64,000 nucleotides of DNA from Octopus vulgaris (GCA_951406725.2 OX597824.1:10168001-10232000), one strand, 5' to 3'; positions 1 through 12,298 are shown, counted from the stretch's first letter. The notes: generated by a model from the letters alone, not told the origin. Numbers and translations: made by a program.

Positions 1-609
1 GAGCCTGGTGGAACCACTGGCTCTCCAGACCTCAGTCAAACCATCCAACCCATGCCAGCATGGAAAACGGATGTTAAACAATGATGATGATAATGAACTT
101 TTATGTGGGAAATGTTGGTTGGTTTTGAAGTTTCTGTTTACTTACCTTTGATGTTTTGGTGAAGGTGAGTAATCTGTATTTTTGAAGATTCTGTCAAACC
201 TTTCTTAGCAAAAGTTTATTAAACGTACACAAGTAAAAAATCTTGAGTAAACCCTCAGTTCAATGTTAAATTGATTTATGCCTCACTTGCCATAAAAATA
301 CTTGACCATGGGATTGCACCTAGAAAAAGTTACCCTCTGAGGCACAAGTCTGTGCAAGATTGTTTGTGGAAGACCAGCAATCGGCCATGCATACCAGACT
401 CCTCCCCTCTCCATGCCACTGATGTTGTCCAAGGAAAAAAGCAAAGAACGATATAACTTGGCACCAGTGATGTTGCAACTCATTTCTACAGCTGAGTGAC
501 CTGGAGCAACATGAAATATAGTGTCTTGCTCAAGAACACAACATAAACCTAGTCTGGGTATCAAACTCAATATCTCATGTTTGTGAGCCTTATATATATA
601 CATACATGT

Positions 610-840
610 GGAGGCGCGTGGTTAGGGTGTCAGCATCATGATCGTAAGATTGTGGTTTCAATTCCTGGACTGGGCGACACGTGTTCTTGAGCAAAACACT
701 TCATTTCACGTTGCTCCAGTCCACTCAGCTGGCAAAAATGAGTAACGCTGCAATGGACTGGCATCCTGTCCAGCTGGGGAACACATACACCATTGAAACT
801 GGGCCCATGAGCCTGGCTAAGCTTTAAAAGGGTGCATTTA
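610..840 (+). mobile_element. tRNA-derived SINE family B (other copies 52588-52835, 55024-55262; related 450-590, 6620-6720)
   Basis: ggcttagtggttagggtgtcagcatcatgatcgtaag...gtttcgattcc head and a shared ttgagcaaaacactt core. Confidence 0.8.
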
Positions 841-1125
841 TTATTTATATATGTATGCATAAGCAGTAAAGCCTTGGTTTGCAAATGCTGCTCATCACAA
901 ACAAACTGGTTTACAATATTTTGAACATAAAATACTTTGCATGACGAACAGTGTTCCAAGTAATGAACATGCAAGCTGGGAACACCAGTGGGAAAGAATC
1001 AGTTGTGTTCTAACTTCCACTGAGTGCACATCCTTGCTTGAATTTGTTGTCTTCTCTTGACTTTCCTATGAAAAAATAGTTTCTGTTATAAACGGCCTTC
1101 AGGAATAAATCACATTCTTAGACCA

Positions 1126-1505
1126 GTGGAGGCCCAGTGGTTAGGGCAGCGAACTCGCGGTCATAGGATCGCAGTTTCGATTCCCAGACCGGGCGTTGTG
1201 AGTGTTTATTGAGCGAAAACACCTAAAAGCTCCACGAGGCTCCGGCAGGGGATGGTGGTGATCCCTGCTGTTCTCTTTCACCACAACTTTCTCTCATTCT
1301 TACTTCCTGTTTCTGTTGTACCTGTATTTCAAAGGGCCGGCCTTGTCACTCTCTGTGTCACGCTGAATATCCCTGAGAACTACGTTAAGGGTACAGGTGT
1401 CTGTGGAGTGCTCAGCCACTTACACGTTAATTCCACGAGCAGGCTGTTCCGTTGATTCGGATCAACGGGAACCCTCATCGTCGTAACCGACAGAGTACTT
1501 CCATC
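1126..1505 (+). mobile_element. tRNA-derived SINE family A (other copies 5095-5473, 25474-25862; related 15668-15995, 52895-53110)
   Basis: A-box tggcccagtggtt and B-box gtttcgattcc. Three copies are highly similar. 15-bp TSD cacattcttagacca (1111-1125 / 1506-1520). Confidence 0.85.
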
Positions 1506-1857
1506 CACATTCTTAGACCAAGACTCCACGATATATAAAGTATATACAAATTTCACATTTGATTTTACTGAAGAGAAGAGGAGTTATTTATAAATGCTCA
1601 TCAATACAGGATTCCATTATTCCATATTATCTAAGTATATGAACTATATTTGGAATACAAGACAATATAACAGATTTTACATATGAATATTATGGATTAT
1701 TACAGAAGACTAACCAAGGAGGTATATATGGATTTAAAGACTCATCAAAAGCAGTAATTTTTAATATATATTTCAAACAAGCACTATTTTATAGTATTAC
1801 ATCAAATTTTTTTAAAAACTACCATTCGATATGTTATACAAAATTCAAATTTAATTT

Positions 1858-1949
1858 TATATCTGAAGAGCAGAAGAGTTGTCTATAAATGCTTATCAAC
1901 ATAGCATTTCATTATAGGGACAGCACTTCTGTGAAACGATCGTAAGATG
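1858..1949 (+). ncRNA. Minimal type-I hammerhead ribozyme
   Basis: CTGAAGA 1863-1869; helix II gcagaag/cttctgt with extension gttgtc/gacagc; GAAA 1933-1936; palindromic helix III ACGATCGT; GUA triplet; helix I has one mismatch. A (TA)-rich tract follows. Confidence 0.75.
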
Positions 1950-2115
1950 CTTTAAATACTTAATTCAAAACTTTTAAACTGTCATATACATTATATATTT
2001 ATACATATTTATATATATATATATATTTTTTTAATACAACAATTATTTTACGTATATATCTTTCTGAAAAATTTTCCAACATTGATTTCTTGATATTAAT
2101 AATAATATGTTATTA

Positions 2116-2150
<35 letters not shown>

Positions 2151-2419
2151 TACATATGAACATATATCCAAATCTTTATTACACAATTCTCAGTATTTTT
2201 AGTACATAAAGAAAAACACATAAACAATATCAGTTTGCTTTCTGACGTGCATTATTATATGGTTATACGGTCTTGTTGAAGGGTGTCATAGATATAACTA
2301 GCCTTCTGGAGATCATTGCGAAGTTTTAAGAGCCCACATAATGAGTATATAGTGTAAATGAGCAATGTCTGTGTGAGTATATATATCACAAAGCAAGGAA
2401 GTGAGATAAAATATTGAGT

Positions 2420-3030
2420 TGAAGTTTGCCCGACAGTTAATAAGAAAGAAGCCTACCAAAGTCATTATGACAAAAATTTAGGAATGTGTGTGTGTGCCAC
2501 ATTGATGCAAAGGCTTGGGGAAAAGTTAGCTGATGATAGAGCTGCATGGAAAACCTCTTGGTTTTTGGAGTGATCACTAGTGATGGCAATGGTATGCCTC
2601 CCTTCATCTTCCCATACAACCTCAGGCTCAACATGGAGGCCTACATTAAGTGTTTGGCGGAGGTAGTGCTGATCTGGGTCAAAAGGGTGACTGCTGGAAG
2701 GTCCTATGTCTAGCAACAGGACTCTGCACCATGCCACACAAGCAGGAGAACTCAGTCATGGCTGTCAGACAATTTCTGCAACCACATCTGACCATCTACC
2801 TCCCCACACTGCATTCCTCTTGATTATTATCTGTGGGGCACAGTTGAACGAGAGACCAACAAAACTCCTTGTACCACCAAAGATGAACTGAAGGCAAGGA
2901 TTATAGCAGCATTTACCAACTTAAATAAGGAGACCATGCAGGAGATTCCAAATTCGTCTGGAGGATATGGTTAAAGCCAATGGCAATTTTATTGAATAAA
3001 TTTACTCTTTAGTATTTCAAGATATTTTTA
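2420..3030 (+). mobile_element. Degenerate Tc1/mariner-superfamily (maT-like) transposase fragment
   Basis: VFGVITSDG...PPFIFP...YIKCLAEVVLIWVKRV...QQDSAPCHTSRRTQSWL...PLDYYLWG...ERETNK...KANGNFIE with stops. Confidence 0.75.
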
Positions 3031-4084
3031 TGTATATACACACACATAAGTGCAAAACAAGGTGGAAAAATAGTTCTCAAATACCAAAAGTAGAGTAAGA
3101 TGCAGAACCTGTCCAATAAATGGTAACATGAAACTCTGAGTAACAGTTTTCTGATAAAGTAGCAGCTTTGATATAAATACATATGGAGCCTGGTGCAACC
3201 ACTGGCTCTCCAGACCTCAGTGAATCGGTTCAACCCATGCCAGCATGGAAAATGGACGTTAAATGATGATGATGATGATATATACAGTTGAAATTTATAG
3301 AAAAGCAAAAGACGCAGACAGGTGTATAAACAACAAGCAGGTGTATTAGTTTGATGCTTGGGAAAATGAAGAAGTCTTTTACGTTTTGATCCTGCATTCT
3401 TCAATAGAGAGGAATAACAGGAAATAAACAGAGAATGAAGAAAATGCCTGTAGATTTAGCTTTCAAGCATGGCGATTGATTGGAAGAAAGGGAGGTAATA
3501 TAGTGAAGGTGCATGTGTGTGTGTGTGAATAGGGGCTAGTGAATTTGATATGTGGGTGTGTGCATCTGTAACGTGTAGCTGATCAATATAATGGTATGTA
3601 TAATGACACTATTGAAGATTGTGTTGTGTATGTGTTGATGATGGTGTGTGGGTGCTGGGAAGTGTTTTAGTATCAATGAAGAGAGGAGAGGAGTTGAGCC
3701 CATGTGGTGCATCTCTTATGATAATATATATATATATATGTACATAGGGAGAGTTTAAGGAAAAAAACAAAAGACGAAGAGATGTGGTGTACAAAGCAAA
3801 CAGATGTATTAGTATAACGCTCAGGAATAGAAAAAGTCTTTTACGTTTTGAGCCAATGCTCTTCTACAGAAAGGGACTCAGAAAAAACAAGGAGAGAAAA
3901 AAATGTGTGTAGTGGCTAAAGGTCTATCATGGCGTAAAGCACCCACTACACTCTCAGAGTGGTGGCTGTAGAAACTCTGCCTGATCAGATTGGAGCCTAG
4001 TGCAGCCATCTGGTTCGCCAGACCTCAGTCAGAATCGTCCAACCCATGCTAGCATGGAAAGTGGACGTTAAACGATGATGATTT

Positions 4085-4313
4085 ATGGTGCCTTTTAGAA
4101 AAGCAAGTAAGGAGTCGATATCCTCCACCATCATCACTACAAGAACTGGAGACTTTTAGCTGAAGAACGGACAAAATTTCCTTTGGAAACAATTCAAACT
4201 TTGTACGAGTCCATACCTCAAGCTGTAATTACTGCCAAAGGTGGTCCTACTCCATATTAAAATTAATTTGTTTGAAATTTTAAGTTGTTTCCATTGTTTT
4301 GTCCAACCCCTGT
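4085..4313 (+). mobile_element. Tc1-like 3' end remnant
   Basis: QTLYESIP...AVITAKGGPTPY* followed by a TIR-like ttttgtccaacccctg-TA. Confidence 0.6.
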
Positions 4314-4552
4314 ATATGTAATGATTTGAGTTTTTATTGATGCGTTTTATTGTTAGCAAGCTTGGAGAAGAACATTAGTGGCTATGATTGTGGTGACAGT
4401 GGTGGTGGTGGTTGTAGTGAAATAGAGGGAACACTGCTTGAGAGTGATCTAGAGATCATTGAATCATACTGAATGGTGATTTACCAATGCAACAAATAAG
4501 CTACGGCTTGGGTGCTTATCAAGAATGTGGCTGTGTGGAAGAGAAATCAGCT

Positions 4553-4827
4553 TTACAAATCCAAATTCTGATAACTGTTGTCAAAAATAGATTTTTCATC
4601 ATGGTCTTTGGCATTGATCTTAGCCAAGTAATAACTGATGTTTTCGTCTTCAGATTGTTTTGCATCTGAAGTTTTATTATTAGTATTTATCTTAGCCATG
4701 TAATGACTGATGCCATCATCTTCAGGTGGTTCTTCAGCAGAAGTATTAGGTTTAATACGGTTTTCCTGGTCAGGTGTCTTATTCACTGAATCATAATCGC
4801 AATTTTGTTTTTTTCTAGAAACACGAC
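4553..4827 (-). CDS. Terminal coding exon of orphan type I membrane protein (cytoplasmic tail)
   Basis: Pyrimidine-rich CAG acceptor (4828-4830). Phase-1 start completes T+GT=Cys with the upstream exon. Reads RVSRKKQNCDYDSVNKTPDQEN...ISHYMAKIN...ISYYLAKIN...NSYQNLDL*. AATAAA on the minus strand at 4333-4338 and 4346-4351. Confidence 0.85.
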
Positions 4828-6772
4828 CTGGAATAATAAGGAAGTTTTGTTAAGTCAGGCATGAAACTTTGGTAAGAAGTTCGGTTATGCATCTGATTTT
4901 TTCCTCCATCTCAACAAAGATGAGGGCTTTTCATGAAAATTTATATATTTACAAATTATTGGAGCATGTGCTTTTCACAATTGGATTTCATTCGATTTTC
5001 AATCTTACCATTCAACTATGAAGTTCATTGGAATTTGTTCTCAACCAGGAGCACAATACATTCGGTGTTATAAGATCAATTATACAAACATAGTAGAGGC
5101 GCAATGGCCCAGTGGTTAGGGCAGCGGACTCGCGGTCGGAGGATCGCGGTTTCAATTCCCAGACCGGGCATTGTGAGTGTTTATTGAACGAAAACACCTA
5201 AAGCTCCACGAGGCTCCGGCAGGGGATGGTGGTGAACCCTGCTGTACTCTTTCACCACAACTTTCTCTCGCTCTTTCTTCCTGTTTCTCTTGTACCTGTA
5301 TTTCAAAGGGCCAGCCTTGTCACACTCTGTGTCACGCTGAATCTCCTCGAGAACTACGTTAAGGGTACACGTGTCTGTGGAGTGCTCAGCCACTTGCACG
5401 TTAATATCACGAGCAGGCTGTTCCGTTGATCATATCAGCTGGGACCCTCATCGTCGCAACCGACGGAGTGCTCCTATATATACAAACATGATTATATGTA
5501 GTCATGCATTTTAACATTATGATATTTCTGTCAAGGAGTTGATTATGAATCTGTACTTGTGTATGCAGCTCTGGACATGATTTACTGAGGAACCCTGGCA
5601 GTTTCCCATGCAATAAATTTTTATTCAAAGGAAAAGTTGCCAACTCAGGTTAGTTTCATATACCTATTTCTTTACTACCCACAAGGGGCTAAACACAGAG
5701 AGGACAAACAAGGACAGACAAACGGATTAAGTCGATTATATCGACCCCAGTGCGTAACTGGTACTTATTTAATCGACCCCGAAAGGATGAAAGGCAAAGT
5801 CAACCTCGGCGGAATTTGAACTCAGAACGTAGACAAAATACTTATTTCTTTGCTACCCACAAGGGGCTAAACACAGAGAGGACAGACAAATGGATTAAGT
5901 CGATTATATCGACCCCAGTGCGTAACTGGTACTTATTTAATCGACCCCGAAAGGATGAAAGGCAAAGTCAACCTTGGCGGAATTTGAACTCACAACGTAA
6001 TGACAGATGAAATACGGCTACGCATTTCGCCCGGCGTGCTAACGTTTCTGCCAGCTCGCCGCCTTAAATTTGTGATATACCTTCACAGCTATGCTATTGC
6101 AGGTGTTGTTGTCAAAATCTAAAGAGCCAGAACAGATCCTACACAGGGTCTTGCCTGACCTCCTAACATTTCCACCAATCTATCACCCTGGATTCATAGA
6201 AAAATATTTCATACAAAAAAATTTTAGAATAAAATTTCATGTTTAGTTTCATGTTAAAACATTTAATTTCTCCAGAATTCTTCAGAAACCTTATGAAGCA
6301 AAAACCACTATGGTTGTGTGGTTTTGTAACTGTATGGTTTTGGGTTCAAATCCATTGTGCAGCACCTGCTATGGCTCCAGGCTGAACTATGCCCTGTGAA
6401 TGAATTTGGAAGATGGAAACTGTGGAAGCTAATTGTGTGTTTGTGTTAGTACTCCACTACTGCTTGATAACCAGTGTTGGTTTGTTTACATCCCTATAAT
6501 TTACCAGTCCAGCTAAAGGGACTAATAGAACAAATACCAAACTTAAAAAATAACTAGTGGGATCGGGGTGGTGACTCTTGTTGTACTCTTTCACCACAAC
6601 TTTCTCTCACTCTCTCTTCCTGCAATGGACTGGCGTCCCATCCAGCTGGGGTGAACACATACGCCACAGAAACTGGGAAACTGGGCCCATGAGCCTGGCT
6701 AGGCTTGAAAAGGGCAACGTTTTTATCAGGATTTTGTAGCAAACTGTATCAATAAAATGGATTTTTACTTAC

Positions 6773-6916
6773 ATTTTAAGACAACCAGTAAAACAAACAT
6801 CAGGATAATCAGAAGGACTCCTCCTACAATAATCAGCCAATCATAAGAAGCCTTCTTGTTTTTTAGGAAATTCACAGTATTTGTTGATGGTAAATACACA
6901 GTATTTGCTGGCTGTG
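6773..6916 (-). CDS. Transmembrane exon (144 bp, phase 1-1)
   Basis: Acceptor ttcatcttgtcttccaatattttAG, donor GTAAGT. Encodes QPANTVYLPSTNTVNFLKNKKASYD-WLIIVGGVLLIILMFVLLVVL-K, a 21-residue hydrophobic helix followed by basic residues in the next exon. Confidence 0.88.
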
Positions 6917-6970
6917 CTAAAATATTGGAAGACAAGATGAAAAATAAAGCAGGAAAATACATGAATAATA

Positions 6971-7533
6971 TTGGGTTGTCCGGAAAGTTCATGCTGATTT
7001 ACAGCTTAACTTTCGATTTATTTTAGAACATGTTTGAGTCCATAAAATAGGATTTGACCCCACCTCCATTTAGAGCACAGTTTAAGCTATCTTTTCATGG
7101 AAGAAGGTTTATGTTCCTATAACCTGTGTTAATTCTGTAACCCTTTAAAATGGAAGGTAATAAAGTTCATTTTTGGCACTTGATGCTTTGGGAACAAGAC
7201 AAAAATTGCTGCAGCTCGGCTGGGATGTGTTACCCCACCCTCCATATTCACTAGATATTGCTCCTTCAGATTTCCACTTATTCAGGTCTCTGCAGAATAG
7301 TCTTAATGGTAAAAATTTCAATTCCTTGGATGACGTAAAAAGATACCTTGATGAATTCTTTGCCATGAAACCACCTCAGTTCTGGGAAGAGGGTATTTTC
7401 AGTTAAAGGAAAGATGGAGACGCATTGTACCACAAAATGGTTCATATTTGGTTGATTAAAAATGTAAATGGAAAGTATTTATTGACCTTTTTCTTGCCTT
7501 TAAGAACCAGTATGAACTTTCTGGACAACCGAA
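6971..7533 (+). mobile_element. Internally deleted mariner element
   Basis: TIRs ttgggttgtccggaaagttcat / atgaactttctggacaaccgaa flanked by TA. Internal LPHPPYSLDIAPSDFHLFRSLQN (YSPDLAPSD motif). Confidence 0.9.
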
Positions 7534-7603
7534 TACAAAATAAGATATTTACAATAAATTCCCTCAGATGTCAAAGCAATTAATTAAAGTAACTGCTACA
7601 TAC

Positions 7604-7672
7604 CAACTATATAATCTTCATTAATTTCTGTCGTAGTAGATGTTATTACTGGCTTCTTTCTGTTATTATCAG
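7604..7672 (-). CDS. Stalk exon, copy B (69 bp, phase 1-1)
   Basis: ttttgCAG acceptor, GTATGT donor. Encodes (A)DNNRKKPVITSTTTEINEDYIV. Confidence 0.8.
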
Positions 7673-7919
7673 CTGCAAAATAAACGTAAAATAATAATGA
7701 TAATCCTTTCTACAATACGCACAAGGCCTGAAATTTTTGGGAAGGGGGTTAGTCGATTACATTGACCTTAGTGCATAACTGGTACTTATTTCACTGACCC
7801 CAAAAAATGAAAGACAAAGCCGATCTCAACAGAATTTGAACTCAGAACATAAGGATGGATTAAATGCTGTGAAGTATTTTGCCTGTTATGCTAAAAATTT
7901 TGCCAGCTCACTACCTTAA

Positions 7920-8805
7920 CAACGATGATGATGATAATGATGACAACGATGCCAACAATTATGATGACAATGACGATGATGATGAAGACAACAGTGACGA
8001 TGACAACGATGATGATGACGACGACGATGCCAACAATTACGATGACAATGACGATGATGACAACGACAATGATGACGACGATGACGATGATGATGATGAT
8101 GATGCCAACAATTACGACAACAATGATGACAACGACGACGATGATGACAACGATGACGATGACAATGATGACGTCAACAATGTGGTTCATATTTGGTTGA
8201 TTAAAAGTGTAAAGGCAAGTATTTATTGACCTTTTTCTTGCCTTTAAGAACCAGTATGAACTTTCTGGACAACCGAATACAAAATAAGATATTTACAATA
8301 AATTCCCTCAGATGTCAAAGCAATTAATTAAAGTAACTGTTACATACCAACTATATAATTTTCATTAATTTCTGTCGTAGTAGATGTTATTACTGGCTTC
8401 TTTCTGTTATTATCAGCTGCAAAATAAACGTAAAATAATAATGATAATCCTTTCTACAATACGCACAAGGCCTGAAATTATGACGACAATGACGATGATG
8501 ATGACAATGACGACGATGATGATGATAACGACGATGCCAACAATTACGATGACAATGACGATGATGACGACAATGATGACAACGATGACGACGATGATGA
8601 TGATGCCAACAATTACGACAACAATGATGACGACGACGACGACGATGAAAATGACAATGACGACGACGATGCCAACAATTATGATGATGACAACGACGAC
8701 GATGATGACGATGACAATGACGATGATGATGCCAACAATTACAACAATGATGACGTTGATGACGATGACGACGATGACGATGACAGCAACAACAACAACA
8801 GCAGC
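7920..8805. repeat. (GAY/AAY)n microsatellite with a higher-order GATGCCAACAATTA unit, split by the duplicated exon block
   Basis: Arrays at 7920-8180 and 8480-8805. Confidence 0.9.
8348..8416 (-). CDS. Stalk exon, duplicated copy A (69 bp, phase 1-1)
   Basis: Same splice sites as 7604-7672. One exonic substitution (GAT>AAT, D>N). Confidence 0.65.
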
Positions 8806-9305
8806 AGCCCTGATGCAGTACCAGGCTGTGGCTCTCATGGCTTTCAATCTTAACTGATTGGAAGTGCTATCATGTACATTGTTTTGTCTTTGTATAAAAA
8901 AAGGGCTTCAGTAACTCAATACCACAGATTTGTTTGTCAGATGTTTGACCTTAACCAGTTGAGCATGTCCCTTAGTGGCTGACGATATGTGCATCTCTGA
9001 TCATGAGCAGAAGTAGTTGGGGAGCATCATAGCCATGTGTTGAGAGGGATTCTTTGGAGTTTGAATAATTCACCTCTGGAAATATGGGTGTTTCATTCAT
9101 CATCCTTAAACAAACTTTATTTAGGGACCCTTTGAGCAGGATGGACTACTCAACCTGAAGAAAATTCTAACTGGGCCTCTTCTACAAGGTCATGCACAGT
9201 TTATCTTGATATAAGATCACCATGTCATGCATATATGGTTGTGATGCATGTGCCTGGTGTACCCTTATCAGACAGGTAGTCATGACTGGTATATTGGGCT
9301 TCATA
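8805..9305. repeat. Interspersed repeat, inverted relative of 29915-30450
   Basis: Extended reverse-complement similarity, e.g. ccttatcagacaggtagtcatga vs tcatgactacctgtctgataagg. Confidence 0.7.
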
Positions 9306-9532
9306 TATATATATATACTATATTTACTTATGTATAAGTTGATAAGTTGCACCCCTAACTTAGTGTTAAATCTTGGTACAAATTTTTTTTCCCTTCATAG
9401 TCTTAGCTTTGCTCCTTGCATAAGTTGCACCCCAGTTTTTACAATTATAATCAAGTATGAAATGATGCAACTTAAGCTCAAATAAATATGGTATGTGCAT
9501 TTATGTATTTATATATATCTGAAATATTTTAC

Positions 9533-9611
9533 CTAGAAAACACTGCTTGCCCGAATAACACATGTAAAATTTTGAAGTGAAATCTTTCTCACAGGTAAAA
9601 GAAAATATGGT
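9533..9611 (-). CDS. Ectodomain exon (79 bp, phase 0-1)
   Basis: Acceptor cttttttctttttCAG, donor AG|GTAAAA. Encodes TIFSFTCEKDFTSKFYMCYSGKQCFL, phase-compatible on both sides. Confidence 0.8.
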
Positions 9612-10263
9612 CTGAAAAAGAAAAAAGGGAATGAATGTGTTAAGAACAATCATATGTCATTGAATGATAAGCGATAATCTGAAAGAAAGAGTAATAAGTA
9701 ATCTTTACAACCAACTTAACATGGGCGTCTTGTTAGATCACTGAATATTGAATTATAAGCTTTGGGAGATCTTCTCAAATAGGTGCTTGGTGCATAAAAG
9801 CACATACTGATCATCATCATCATCATCATCGTTTAACATCCGCTTTCCATGCTAGCATGGGCTGGACGATTTTGACTGAGGGCTAGCAAACCAGATGGCT
9901 GCACCAGGCTCGAATCTTGATCTGGCAGAGTTTCTACAGCTGGATGCCCTTCCTAACGCCAACCACTCCGAGAGTGTAGTGGGTGCTTTTTATGTGCCAC
10001 CTGCATGGAGACAGTCAGGCAGTACTGGCAACGACCTCACTCGAATCTTTTTACACATGCCACCGGCACAGGTGCCAGTAAGACGACGCTGATAACAATC
10101 ATAGCAAATGAAATTCGTCTGTTATTGGCACCAGAACTTCAATGTCACATGATTTCAGTTAATTGCACATCCTCAGTGGGAAACACCAGTCATCTCATAG
10201 CAGTCAGATCTCACTGCTATGATATATAGAATTTCAACATCTGAAAAGATGCTGATGTCACAA

Positions 10264-11668
10264 ATATGTTTCGAAGGCTGCATATTCCTAATTGTGAAGG
10301 AATAAGGAGTACATTATGCCGCTTTCTCATCAGGAAAAACAAGGAATTTATGTCAACATCAAGATTCACAAAAACTTTTAGATGACTGCTCTCACTGAGC
10401 GCATAGCGATAACGAGTGTCTCTTTAATATTCCTTTATAAGGAGTGACATCAAACTGATTGAATGTAGAAAATTCTAGAAGGTTCTAAGGGTTCAAGAGT
10501 TCAAACGAAGTAGGGGGAGAGAGGCCTAAGAAAAGTAAGGTGATTTGGAACAGATACCGACACAATGGATTAAGCAAACTAATTTGGCGTCTGAAAGACA
10601 GCAATTCAACCTTCAAGCTGGAATGGTCCACTTTGTCGGTATCCGTTCCGTTTGATAAGAGCAGAAAAATTTGTGGCGTCTGTAATTCTGAATTTTTTCA
10701 TATATTATTCGCCAAAGTACCTTTAATAAATTCAATCGTCGAGAGGTCCTACAGGTGCTTGCACTGGAGAAAACACACCTTTCACTCAGATGAATAATGA
10801 CTAATATAGATAACCCCCTTGAATTTTAATTAATATATTTCCATTTATATATTTCACCCCTTTATTTAAAAAAAATTTTTTTATGCTTTCAAAGACATAC
10901 TACCCAATCCATTGAGGTTTGTTTTGCCTTTGTCCCAATGCCTCGCCCTCCTCTTTCTTTTTCTCTCTCTTTCCCTCTATCTATAGTAATCAAGCACACA
11001 GACACATATCTGCTACACCACTATCTGTTTTTTTGACATCTACCCATCCACATACACATTCACGCACACACATACACACACATAGGTATTAATACAGTTA
11101 TATTCATTCACTCACACAGACACTCATTCACAAAAGAATTTAACAAAACCCACCATACATATGACCTGTTCCAAATCACCTTACTTTTCTTAGGCCTCTC
11201 TCCCCCTACTTCGTTTGAACTCTTGAACTCTTAGAACCTTCTAGAATTTTCTACATTCAATCAGTTTGATGTCACTCCTTATAAAGGAATATTAAAGAGA
11301 CACTCATTATTGCTATGCACTCAGTGAGAGCAGTCATCTAAATGTTTTTGTGAATCTTAACGTTGACATAAATTCCTTGTTTTTCCTGATGAGAAAGCGG
11401 CATAATGTACTCCTTATTCCTTCACAATTAGGAATATGCAGCCTTCGAAACATATGTCGAAAATAAAGGAAATTTGTTAATTTGTCGTTCAACTCCAATC
11501 TTACATTTATTCATAAATTTTATAAAAATACACACAAATTTCCACACGAAAACACGTAGTCTCTGCCCTAGGCACGTAACTTCAACTGTGTTATTTCTGA
11601 TGTGAATTTGCTACCCAGGTATCGGTTAAACGAATTATCCATAAAAAGATATTTCATTTTTCTACTCA

Positions 11669-11672
<4 letters not shown>
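10264..11672 (+). mobile_element. 5'-truncated Penelope-like retroelement: inverted pLTR + ORF 3' end + pLTR with hammerhead + tail ending at (TA)n
   Basis: 290-bp near-identical inverted repeat (10264-10553 vs 11166-11455). The intervening ORF LSKLIWRLKD...LEWS...CGVCNSE...LIN...RCLHWRKH* resembles the C-terminus of PLE GIY-YIG regions. Ends in (TA)n at 11673. Confidence 0.8.
11381..11463 (+). ncRNA. Minimal type-I hammerhead ribozyme in Penelope-like pLTR
   Basis: ttttc-CTGATGA-gaaagcggcata...tatgcagccttc-GAAA; palindrome ACATATGT; GUC (cleavage after 11458); gaaaa completes helix I. Confidence 0.85.
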
Positions 11673-11710
<38 letters not shown>

Positions 11711-12298
11711 TCATACATACATACATACACATATATATAAAACTGACATTAAAATGCAGTGACTACTATTTGACATACCTTAAAAACATTTATAACAGAC
11801 AAAAAAAAACAAAAAAAGATAGAACATGCTGATTTCTTATCTTCTTGGTGGTGGTGGTCACTTGAAGATATTTTCTTCCATGTTGCTGTTACATTTGCAA
11901 TGCATGTTATTATGTGTTGACATTTGGATTTGAAACACCATCACAGCCATCATGAGCAACAACAACAACAGCAGCAACAGCAACAACAACAACAAAAACA
12001 GCTCACAAATGGTAACATTTAAAATGTTGGTTGTTAATTCATTATATTGTTCATTTGAAAGCAAATTACAAACATTAAAGAAAAATCTAGAACAAACACA
12101 TACATGCACACACACACACACACACACACATACACACACACACTCACATATTTATAGATAATGGGCTTCCATACAGTTCCCATTTACGAAATTCACAAAT
12201 AAGGCATTTGCTAACCTGGAACTAAAATAGATGACACTCATCCAGGTAACTCATTGTGAGATTGAACCTGAAACCACTTAACTATATAGCTAAACCTG

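Noticed and set aside
146-200. Strong donor-like sites on both strands (AAG|GTAAGT minus at 145; AAG|GTGAGT plus at 165)
   Set aside because: No unambiguous acceptor or frame within the window; it may belong to a neighbouring gene but cannot be called.
5096-5170. tRNA gene candidates (also 1128, 25476, 55024, 56621)
   Set aside because: A and B boxes are present but the cloverleaf is incomplete and each continues into a SINE body, so these are tRNA-derived heads.
7879-8857. Long Asp/Asn-, Met/Thr- and Ile/Val-rich ORFs
   Set aside because: Open frames on both strands arise from the (GAY)n microsatellite, which is intronic to the minus-strand gene.
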